DNA from: Clostridia bacterium
GTDB taxonomy: Bacteria; Bacillota; Clostridia; Oscillospirales; Acutalibacteraceae
NCBI GenBank assembly: GCA_017440765.1
Contig: JAFSGO010000038.1
Span: 1-40,514 of the forward strand
Length of the DNA: 40,514 bases
Direction: 5' to 3'
Below are positions 8,718 to 15,771 of this stretch, in pieces. Below the pieces are notes generated by a model that was not told the origin of the DNA, did no database searches, and saw only the letters and a program-made list of their open reading frames with translations. A program made the translations under genes and the position numbers. Within the stretch, counting starts at the first letter, position 1. The number at the start of each line of letters is the position of its first letter.

Positions 8718-8749
8718 ATACCCTCGCCATTTTGGCGAGGGTATTTGTT
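8718..8749. terminator. Bidirectional terminator between convergent genes
   Basis: ataccctcgcc (8718-8728) pairs with ggcgagggtat (8734-8744), with T/A runs on both sides. Confidence 0.6.
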
Positions 8750-9170
8750 ATCGCTTTTCGTTAGCCATTGTCGAAAGGGTCAAATAAGCAATTTGTAAAA
8801 TTACCAAGCCAAAAGAGGTGAGTATAGAAAACTGAAAACCACTGGTCGCAAATGTATGAATCATGTTATATATATAACGAATCAGTTGTATAACTCCCAA
8901 AATAATAACTCCGTAATTCCAGTTTGTTTTTGTCAGCTCACAGAAAAATTTGCAGATTAATAGCCCCACAAGTATTTCTGAAAAAGAAATACCAACCATA
9001 GCATACCATTCGTAATCTACAGGCCAACTCAACAGTTTAGGGATAATTGGTATCATCGGTACCAAAGACAATAGTATCCACTGCACTATCAGAAATACAA
9101 GTGTCCCTCCTGCATACCCTAAAACAACACCAACTGTGTTAGATAAGATTGTTTTCAACGTCTTCATCAT
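8748..9170 (-). CDS. Hypothetical 140-aa membrane protein (four predicted TM helices), prophage cargo
   Basis: MMKTLKTILSNTVGVVLGYAGGTLVFLIVQWILLSLV..., with AGGAGG 5 nt upstream. The DNA is AT-rich and I recognise no family. Confidence 0.65.
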   Translation of the reverse strand: MMKTLKTILSNTVGVVLGYAGGTLVFLIVQWILLSLVPMIPIIPKLLSWPVDYEWYAMVGISFSEILVGLLICKFFCELTKTNWNYGVIILGVIQLIRYIYNMIHTFATSGFQFSILTSFGLVILQIAYLTLSTMANEKR

Positions 9171-9340
9171 TGTTCCTCCTCAAAATAAAAAAGTGCGCAG
9201 CCATCATAGCTACGCACCGAAAAACGTATGCTATGATTCCTGCGCCACACAGTTCATTTCTCAGAGAGACATGACAAATCAAAGCATACGTTTTTACACA
9301 AATAGTATGCTCTCCGAGAAAAATATTAAACTGTGTGGCA
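9171..9340 (-). promoter_or_regulatory. Structured ~170-nt 5' leader (candidate attenuator or riboswitch) of the 140-aa membrane protein gene
   Basis: Contains an 11-bp perfect long-range helix (9243-9253 with 9329-9339), a nested 9-bp helix, a 13-nt segment (9283-9295) with two alternative partners (9220-9232 or 9305-9311), and a terminator. Confidence 0.45.
9182..9217 (-). terminator. Intrinsic terminator at the 3' end of the leader, 11 nt before the RBS
   Basis: On the minus-strand RNA, GUGCGUAGC pairs with GCUGCGCAC (9 bp, one G-U) around a 7-nt loop, followed by UUUUUUAUUUU. Confidence 0.6.
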
Positions 9341-9346
9341 ATTGTC

Positions 9347-9374
9347 ATTATAGCACACTGAAATTAAAAATCAA
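9347..9374 (-). promoter_or_regulatory. Sigma-A type promoter for the leader and 140-aa gene
   Basis: Minus strand: TTGATT (9369-9374), a 16-nt spacer, then TGc-TATAAT (9347-9352). Confidence 0.55.
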
Positions 9375-9380
9375 GAGCAT

Positions 9381-9413
9381 GTATAAAAGGAGGAGAGTAC
9401 TACACTCTCCTCC
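9381..9413 (-). terminator. Terminator downstream of the 332-aa gene
   Basis: ggaggagagt (9389-9398) pairs with actctcctcc (9404-9413), a 10-bp perfect stem, followed by UUUUAUAC on the minus strand. Confidence 0.6.
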
Positions 9414-9438
9414 GATAATCATTCACTGATTACTATGT

Positions 9439-10437
9439 TCAGTTTTTGTTATGCGCTGACAATTTAGCTTTATAGCATCTTAAAAGAATAATGCCAACAA
9501 TTATTATTGCAAGTCCTATACTCCCAAAAAGCCACCTACACGCTATTCCGCTGGATAGAATTTGTGGGATTATTCCAGTTTTAATGCCAACCAACACTGC
9601 GACACAAATTAGCAGAGCAACCAAAAGACAATAATTGCAAATAAACACTAACGGATATTTTTGAATCGCATTTCCAGTTTGCAAAGATAGCTCGGGTTTC
9701 TTTCCTGTAATATTCAAGATAAAATACATAAACGCAAATAAAAGATTTAAAATGCAAAAACTCCAAGCAATTGCAACAATAACAACATGTATAACAGATT
9801 CGCTTGAATTTTGAGGTATAAATGCGAACAAGCTTTCCAAAGACGAAATACCGCCAAAGATAATAAAGGAAAGCGCCGTAAAAATCGCTACAAGACCTAC
9901 CAATTGTGAGGTTAGTTCCTTTGAAGATTTTGCTAAAGCCGGCTCTAATTTTTTATCGATTGCAGCTTCTAAACCTTTTTGATTTTGTGTAAACAGGGCG
10001 AACTGCATATGTGCTAGCTGGATATGATCATAAAACTTTAAAAGAACGCGAATACGATTAGAGCGCACAGAGTCCGGATTGTTGTCGCTCACTTGATCCA
10101 TTTCATAGTCCAACACATTTTCAATGTTTGTCGCGAAAGTGGTAAACCCTTCATCTTGCAATCCGAAAATATAATTGCTAATACTTGAATATAACAATCG
10201 GTCATATTCGCCTATATAATGATCAAATGCTTCTATCCATCGTTCTCGCGAAAAGAGCTCAGAAGAGCCAGATAGTTCATAGCATAAACGCAATATCTCA
10301 TCATCCATACGCATTCGGCGCTGTTTCCACGGATTAGCATGCGCATTATCGCCTTCTACACTACTCGTACCGAAAGAATTTCCTTTCGTAATGTCTATTT
10401 GCTGTATTATTTTTTTATTAGAAGAAAAAAGTGCCAT
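9439..10437 (-). CDS. Uncharacterised 332-aa protein with a helical cytoplasmic N-domain and four C-terminal TM helices; candidate Panacea-associated toxin or Abi effector
   Basis: A clean ORF starting 6 nt after the Panacea gene. TM segments: LVGLVAIFTALSFIIFGGI, VIHVVIVAIAWSFCILNLLFAFMYFIL, YPLVFICNYCLLVALLICVAVLVGI and WLFGSIGLAIIIVGIILL. I recognise no family. The confidence is for the CDS, not the function. Confidence 0.7.
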   Translation of the reverse strand: MALFSSNKKIIQQIDITKGNSFGTSSVEGDNAHANPWKQRRMRMDDEILRLCYELSGSSELFSRERWIEAFDHYIGEYDRLLYSSISNYIFGLQDEGFTTFATNIENVLDYEMDQVSDNNPDSVRSNRIRVLLKFYDHIQLAHMQFALFTQNQKGLEAAIDKKLEPALAKSSKELTSQLVGLVAIFTALSFIIFGGISSLESLFAFIPQNSSESVIHVVIVAIAWSFCILNLLFAFMYFILNITGKKPELSLQTGNAIQKYPLVFICNYCLLVALLICVAVLVGIKTGIIPQILSSGIACRWLFGSIGLAIIIVGIILLRCYKAKLSAHNKN

Positions 10438-10443
10438 TATTAA

Positions 10444-10872
10444 TCAACCCCCAAAGAAATCTCGAATCGATTGATTGGAGATTGTTTTATCAAAAGGATT
10501 TTGATGAGCTTCCCTCCATGGCTTTTGATCGTGCGTTAACGAAACCAATGATGTAGTTGAATACTGTGCACACTCCTCGAGAATAAGATTAATCACATAC
10601 TTATCTTCATCCTCAATACCAAAATCGCCTTCAGCGATACTTTCCGGAATTCTGGCACCACCAAACATCTTATATTCTCGGTATACGTTAGGAACAACCG
10701 GCCCAAAATCCCACGCTTCTATACGATCTGAAAAGCAAGGGGTATGAATCGAAAATAAAAATTGGGCCTGAATAAAATAAAGCAACTTCTGTAGACGCAA
10801 ATTACTTACTGATCGATTTCGACTAGCTTCATAGCGAATCACATACCTTGCTATCTTAATTGCATCATACAT
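10444..10872 (-). CDS. Panacea / DUF4065 (SocA, GepA, PanA-like) antitoxin-domain protein
   Basis: MYDAIKIARYVI...LRLQKLLYFIQAQFL...RIEAWDFGPVVPNVYREYK...LVSLTHDQKPWREAH matches the DUF4065 signature. GGAGGTG lies upstream of the ATG at 10872. Confidence 0.85.
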   Translation of the reverse strand: MYDAIKIARYVIRYEASRNRSVSNLRLQKLLYFIQAQFLFSIHTPCFSDRIEAWDFGPVVPNVYREYKMFGGARIPESIAEGDFGIEDEDKYVINLILEECAQYSTTSLVSLTHDQKPWREAHQNPFDKTISNQSIRDFFGG

Positions 10873-10963
10873 TTCCCCACCTCCCATTTTTATTGTACAC
10901 GAATATTTTATAAATTTCCACCTTTTTTTACATCTAACGCTTATAACTTATCGTTTAGTATTC

Positions 10964-10997
10964 TATAAAATAGAAAAAAGGCCTATACAAATGACTT
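10964..10997 (-). terminator. Terminator of the lysis operon
   Basis: On the minus-strand RNA, AGGUCUAUGCAA pairs with UUGUAUAGGCCU (12 bp, two G-U), followed by UUUUUU. Confidence 0.55.
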
Positions 10998-11028
10998 GCA
11001 TAGACCTCATTGCTATTATTTTGTATAC

Positions 11029-11232
11029 TTAACTTTTAATTTCAGGCAATCCTGCTACGCTGGTAAGTAAGGATAAAATACCCGCCAACGCAGCGGCGCT
11101 TGCCACCATTATCCAGTTCACATCTCCCATGACAGCGCTTGTGCCAATAGTGGCAATAGCGGTTTGCGCCACCGTTTTGACAGCACGAATACCTGCTGCT
11201 TTTGCCCATCTTAAAACCTTATCCATATTCAT
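11029..11232 (-). CDS. Phage holin (r1t-holin-like small membrane protein)
   Basis: [59 protein letters not shown]. It sits at the end of the lysis cassette. Confidence 0.65.
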   Translation of the reverse strand: MNMDKVLRWAKAAGIRAVKTVAQTAIATIGTSAVMGDVNWIMVASAAALAGILSLLTSVAGLPEIKS

Positions 11233-11239
11233 CTCCCCT

Positions 11240-11536
11240 TTATTTTACTACCAGCGCGATGATCGCGCCGGCTAATGCCCCAACAACGGCAGTGATCGAC
11301 GCCGTGACAACTGTTTTCCAGTGACCTGCAGGAACGGCCAACAGACTCTTGATATCCGATTTCACCTCTCGGACGTCGCCTTCCATATCCACCTGCTTCT
11401 GCGCAATTGTCGCCACACTCTTGACGAGATCACTCATTTCCCCATGTTGCTTTTCCAAGTCATCTAAACGACGGGAATTAGATTTTGCACGATCCTCTAC
11501 GTTTGAAAGACGATGCTCAAGCTTTACCTCGTCCAT
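11240..11536 (-). CDS. XhlA-like lysis-associated protein (coiled coil plus C-terminal TM anchor)
   Basis: [34 protein letters not shown]...[35 protein letters not shown] lies upstream of the ATG at 11536. The longer ORF-track form overlaps the endolysin gene. Confidence 0.55.
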   Translation of the reverse strand: MDEVKLEHRLSNVEDRAKSNSRRLDDLEKQHGEMSDLVKSVATIAQKQVDMEGDVREVKSDIKSLLAVPAGHWKTVVTASITAVVGALAGAIIALVVK

Positions 11537-11549
11537 GGTCTGCTCCTCC

Positions 11550-12371
11550 TTACTTTTTAACGATCTTGATCTGGATACAGTCAATCGCTTTCCCGAATAC
11601 GCCCGCGTAGCCGTCACCGGTCTTGTCCGATAATCCGGTACACCAGCCGTACCATCTGGCGTTTTGAGCAGCAGACACACGGTACTGCACTTCGTAGCCG
11701 TCTGCACCGATGAGTTGCATTTGCAGCGCATCGATTGCCTCCCCCTTATTGCCCGCGTAATCAGCGTCGTTTTCCACCCACGGCAACCAACGATTTTCAT
11801 CTAGCAAATGTACGCGATAACGCAAGGTACCGACGCTCGGTACTGCCTGCAATGCGGTCATACGCTTATTGACAACGCCGGCATAGCCGTTCGAATCTTT
11901 GTCGTTGCAGTTTGTTACAGGAGCCAACCACTTGTTTGTGTAAACCTTATATGTAACGTTGTGCTGCTGCAGATCGGCCTCCAGGAACGGTGTCGGATCA
12001 ATACGCGTGTTATGCAAACGCACCTCAAAATGTAAATGCGCGCCGTAGCTGCGCCCCGTATTACCCATCGTGCCGATCTCCTGCCCCGCTTTCACGGTTT
12101 GTCCGAGCTTTACGTACACAAGCGCAAGGTGAGCATATAGGGTACTGTATCCGTTACCGTGATCGATCTTCACACAGTTGCCGTAGCTCGCATTACCGAC
12201 AGCCAGTTTATTGTTTTTCTTTCCCGTTTGGCAGAAAACAACTTTACCGTCGCTGTGCGCGACGATCGTATCGAGCTGTGAGCGGTACTTCACCACGTCC
12301 ACCGCTTTGTGCCCTGCGCTGAATTTGGTAGTGATTTGGTTTTCACCGGTTTTTAATACTCTGCTTGCCAT
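11550..12371 (-). CDS. Endolysin: M23 (LytM) metallopeptidase with three ChW-type wall-binding repeats
   Basis: HKAVD, YAHL and GAHLHFEV are M23 motifs. The C-terminal repeats NKWLAPV..GYAGVVNKRMTALQ, ENRWLPWV..YAGNKGEAIDALQMQL and NARWYGWC..GYAGVFGKAIDCIQIKI resemble clostridial hydrophobic-W repeats. Confidence 0.85.
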   Translation of the reverse strand: MASRVLKTGENQITTKFSAGHKAVDVVKYRSQLDTIVAHSDGKVVFCQTGKKNNKLAVGNASYGNCVKIDHGNGYSTLYAHLALVYVKLGQTVKAGQEIGTMGNTGRSYGAHLHFEVRLHNTRIDPTPFLEADLQQHNVTYKVYTNKWLAPVTNCNDKDSNGYAGVVNKRMTALQAVPSVGTLRYRVHLLDENRWLPWVENDADYAGNKGEAIDALQMQLIGADGYEVQYRVSAAQNARWYGWCTGLSDKTGDGYAGVFGKAIDCIQIKIVKK

Positions 12372-13732
12372 TAGATATTACCTCCTAACTCTCTTACTGC
12401 CTGTTTCAACTGCTCGATTTGCTCGAGGAGTCCGTCAACATACTGTTTTGTTACAACAGAATTGGCGGTTGTACCTTGTGTTCTGACTTCGGCATGACCG
12501 TCGGTATAGGCAGAGAAAGCATTTCTATATTCATTTGTTCCATCCCCGGGGTTGCCTGTACCATCACCGATACCGAACACCATATCTTCTGTCATTCGAG
12601 AGAATTTACCAAAGACAGCTTGATGCGGTGCCGCGTCACTGTTAAGGTCACCACAAACAAAGCTATAATCATAATTTGCGCGGCACATCGAACCGATCGC
12701 CGCTGAGTATCTGCCACGCGCTATACACTCGTTACCAAGTGAGGCGGCACCTTCGGCGTCTGCTTCTGTCAACGACTTGTACCCGAACACAACGGAATAT
12801 TTGCCGTTTGCTGTCACTTTTTCACCGTGCGTAAATGAAGCAAACCCATGCGCTTTGGCACCTAAACCGAAAGCGGCGGCCGCATAAGCATCCGGACCGG
12901 TGTAAGCACTAATACCACTGGCAAAAGATCCTTCAGCATTTGCTTCTGAAAGTTGACCGGATGCAAAAGAGACGTTGCTATTCGCCTTTGCGCGGTCACC
13001 CAGCGCCACAGAAAAGATACCTTTTGCAATGTTGTTACAACCAGCCGAAAAAGCATAATGCCCCATCACTGTATTGCCAAAACCACCGGCAAAAGCACAA
13101 TAGCCCGTTTTATTGTTTCTTCCGACTGTGCCCGAATAGTTTCCGATTGCTTGGTTTCCTCTTCCGGCGGCAACAGTGCCTCGACCGGCAGCTATGTTAC
13201 TGTCGCCAAAGACAGCAACCGCCTTTTGATTAGTGATCGGCAAGCCAACCCATTTTCCTACAACCCATAACCAGTTCTCCGCGGGGTCACTGTCAAGAGC
13301 AACATCATGAGTGATCTCTACATTTGACGAATTTGCAAGTTGCAAGACCGTGTTTCCGTCGGCGTTTTTACTTTTTCCAATGATTTTAAAAATGTTATAC
13401 CAATGTTGCTTAGCATCCCACTGTACATATTCACCGACGGCGTAATGGTCGTGTGCTTTTTCTTCTAACTCTCGGTCGGCCAGAACAACCGACATGCTTT
13501 TTGAGTCAGCTGAAAGAGTTACATCACTGATGGGAAAGCCCTTGTACCCCGCCATGGTATTGGTTCCAAATCCCACCGAGCACTTTGCCAGGATCTCGTT
13601 GTTATCGTAGTCATTAAACACTGCGCAATTATTAGGCAGGTTCTTACCTGCGCCCGGTTCGCCTTTTAACGCCACGATCTCACGTTCTTGTCCGTTCTCG
13701 TCACGGATTCTTAAAATAGCCATTTCACTCAC
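12371..13732 (-). CDS. Tail fibre or receptor-binding protein with YadA-head-like repeats
   Basis: Runs of about 14-residue G/A/S/N repeats (AAGRGTVAAGRGNQAIGNYSGTVGRNN..FAGGFGNTVMGHYAFSAGCNN...) and a C-terminal coiled coil. The stop overlaps the endolysin start as TAATG. Confidence 0.7.
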   Translation of the reverse strand: MSEMAILRIRDENGQEREIVALKGEPGAGKNLPNNCAVFNDYDNNEILAKCSVGFGTNTMAGYKGFPISDVTLSADSKSMSVVLADRELEEKAHDHYAVGEYVQWDAKQHWYNIFKIIGKSKNADGNTVLQLANSSNVEITHDVALDSDPAENWLWVVGKWVGLPITNQKAVAVFGDSNIAAGRGTVAAGRGNQAIGNYSGTVGRNNKTGYCAFAGGFGNTVMGHYAFSAGCNNIAKGIFSVALGDRAKANSNVSFASGQLSEANAEGSFASGISAYTGPDAYAAAAFGLGAKAHGFASFTHGEKVTANGKYSVVFGYKSLTEADAEGAASLGNECIARGRYSAAIGSMCRANYDYSFVCGDLNSDAAPHQAVFGKFSRMTEDMVFGIGDGTGNPGDGTNEYRNAFSAYTDGHAEVRTQGTTANSVVTKQYVDGLLEQIEQLKQAVRELGGNI

Positions 13733-15695
13733 CCTCCAACTTGCTTAATCGAGCGTTAACGACATCTAATTGACTTTGTAGATCTTCGTTAATGGCATAA
13801 ACGTTATCGAGCTGATTCAATAAATGCTTACAAGCTGTTAAAGCCGTAACAGCCAGAGGTATCGCTTGCAAACCCAGTACCCGTTTCTTTTCGGTCACGG
13901 TTTCTTCAATCAAGTTACCCTGTTCATCATACTTCGCCGGAGTCACTTCGACATCTGTTGCATAGTCAATGCCCACGTATTTATATACCGGGTGTTCTGC
14001 GATGTCGTCTGCGATAAGGCCGAGCTGTTCTGCGTCTGGGCTGCCGTCCCCTTTATAGTTAAAGGTTACCGGTTGAAGGTTGCGCACAAAATCCACGAGA
14101 GTTTCCTCGGTAATATCACTTGTTTCAACCGGCTCATCGCGCAAGGACATTGTCATTGGTGTAAACTCGCTTATGACGTTCTTGATGTTTTCTTTAGCAT
14201 CCCTGGAGGAGGTTTGAATGGTGCCACTGGTGGTATACACTGCAGACCAAGGAGTCCCACTACTCCCTAAACGCACACTTGATGTATGACCATTACTCCA
14301 AGGGAGTACATATCCTATTGTTTGTATAACATCATCCACTGTTAAAACCTTTATGCCAGAACCTCCAGCAACTGTATCACTACTAAAATGTGAGCTAAGG
14401 TACAACTCAGGTCCTCGTGTCTCTACGTTCGCTGTATAAACATTATCAGCATTAACATTCTTAGTATCAACTTGATACTTTCCCCAATGCTCCCAAGGCC
14501 CGAATTCATTCGCAAGTATAGATCGTCTTAAACCGCTTCCCTGATATGAGTGCGTTTCGATGGTGCCGTAACTCAAATTCTTGGTGACAGTCTTATACAT
14601 GCGAATAAGATTATTTCCTGGAGCTGCCGTGCTTTTGTTTGTGTTCACGATCAACGTGAAGAATTCGACAGAATCAGACGGCATCGCATCCCACCACGCT
14701 TGCAGTTGCTTATCTACCGCGGCATCAACCTCTGCCTTTGTCATATCAGACGAACCCAAGGATGCCCAACCGCCATACATCACACGAGAAAACTTTGCGT
14801 CCAGTGCGGGGATTTCAGTATTGTGTTTTTTAGTTAGTTCCTCAATAGCTTTTTCATTCTCACCAACTCGCGTCTCAAGTGTACCAACTGCGTTTTCAGT
14901 ATCACCAACTCTCTCGCCAAGCCCCCCAATTGCCACTGCGACCGCGCTATTGGCAACAGGATTCACGCTCTCCGCGTTCAGTTCCGCGTCCATCTCAAGT
15001 ACAGCCCCATCAGGATCGATCTGGACACTGTACCCATCCGGCATATTCCCAGATCCTACATACACACCGGAGATTCCTTGCGGCCCTCTTACTGCACCCA
15101 CATCCACAAACGCAACGCCATCAAATACGTAGAGGTGATCATCATCTGCCAAATAACCGTCACCGGCAACTGCGGTGGGTATTTTTGTCTCAAGCTCTGA
15201 CACATCCGCAACAGAACCCTTAATGTAAATTGATTTACCATCCAACTCACCGTTTTCTAATTTTTGCTGCAAATCAGCGAGAAAACGTGTAAGAGCGTTA
15301 AATTCATTCGACGATTCAACGATCGGCTGCTCGTTATACAAGAGATCTGCTACTACGATATTGAAAGAAGGCGTCGTAATAACGGTGCCATCTGTTCCGA
15401 TCAACCGAATTTGGCATGATACGTTTCCTTCCTTTGCTATTGTTTGGTCGGTAATTTGATACGCAATAGTGTTGCTTTCAACTTCGACTTCGCAATCGTT
15501 ATAAATAAAATGTCCGTCCGGCTTTAAAGCGGTAAATTTCGCTGTGCAACCGGCACCGATCTCATACGGTCTTTCGTTTTCTGTCAGCGAAATAACAAGC
15601 TTTCGATTGGTATCGCCTCTGACCATAGATAAAACCTGCTGTGAACCAACCTTATACACATCAAGAGATACATTGTAAACAACCGGATTCATCAT
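13725..15695 (-). CDS. Tail fibre or baseplate protein: BppU-like N-domain plus C-terminal S74 intramolecular-chaperone autoprotease domain
   Basis: The N-terminus VRGDTNRKLVISLTENERPYEIGAGCTAKFTALKPDGHF...FNIVV is BppU-like. SSRDAKENI (Ser codon at 14208-14210), followed by LQPVTFNYK...LGLIADDI, resembles the S74 Ser/Lys site. AGGAG lies 10 nt before the ATG at 15695. Confidence 0.8.
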   Translation of the reverse strand: MMNPVVYNVSLDVYKVGSQQVLSMVRGDTNRKLVISLTENERPYEIGAGCTAKFTALKPDGHFIYNDCEVEVESNTIAYQITDQTIAKEGNVSCQIRLIGTDGTVITTPSFNIVVADLLYNEQPIVESSNEFNALTRFLADLQQKLENGELDGKSIYIKGSVADVSELETKIPTAVAGDGYLADDDHLYVFDGVAFVDVGAVRGPQGISGVYVGSGNMPDGYSVQIDPDGAVLEMDAELNAESVNPVANSAVAVAIGGLGERVGDTENAVGTLETRVGENEKAIEELTKKHNTEIPALDAKFSRVMYGGWASLGSSDMTKAEVDAAVDKQLQAWWDAMPSDSVEFFTLIVNTNKSTAAPGNNLIRMYKTVTKNLSYGTIETHSYQGSGLRRSILANEFGPWEHWGKYQVDTKNVNADNVYTANVETRGPELYLSSHFSSDTVAGGSGIKVLTVDDVIQTIGYVLPWSNGHTSSVRLGSSGTPWSAVYTTSGTIQTSSRDAKENIKNVISEFTPMTMSLRDEPVETSDITEETLVDFVRNLQPVTFNYKGDGSPDAEQLGLIADDIAEHPVYKYVGIDYATDVEVTPAKYDEQGNLIEETVTEKKRVLGLQAIPLAVTALTACKHLLNQLDNVYAINEDLQSQLDVVNARLSKLEGE

Positions 15696-15727
15696 GAATA
15701 TCAACTCCTATCATTAATAAAAATAAC

Positions 15728-15760
15728 ATACAGGGGAGGTTATCCTAAACCCCCCCTGTA
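15728..15760 (-). other. Intergenic hairpin with a G7/C7 tract between the giant gene and the fibre genes
   Basis: tacagggg (15729-15736) pairs with cccctgta (15753-15760). It contains the 15-mer tcctaaaccccccct (15743-15757), which also occurs at 35811-35825. Confidence 0.45.
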
Positions 15761-15771
15761 CTTAGTCGTTG

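Noticed and set aside
9136-9429. 97-aa plus-strand ORF and 69-aa minus-strand ORF in the 9171-9438 gap.
   Set aside because: There is no RBS and the composition is junk-like. The region is better explained by a promoter, structured leader and terminators on the minus strand.
10888-10963. A specific sigma-A promoter call for the Panacea operon.
   Set aside because: The spacer is AT-rich with several TATAAA/TAAAAT-like hexamers, but none has a convincing -35 partner at 16-18 nt. I therefore did not annotate coordinates.
11537-11800. N-terminal extension of the 186-aa ORF (11240..11800).
   Set aside because: The extension overlaps the endolysin gene in another frame and is Arg/Cys/Thr-rich. 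A strong RBS precedes the internal ATG at 11536, which yields an XhlA-like protein.
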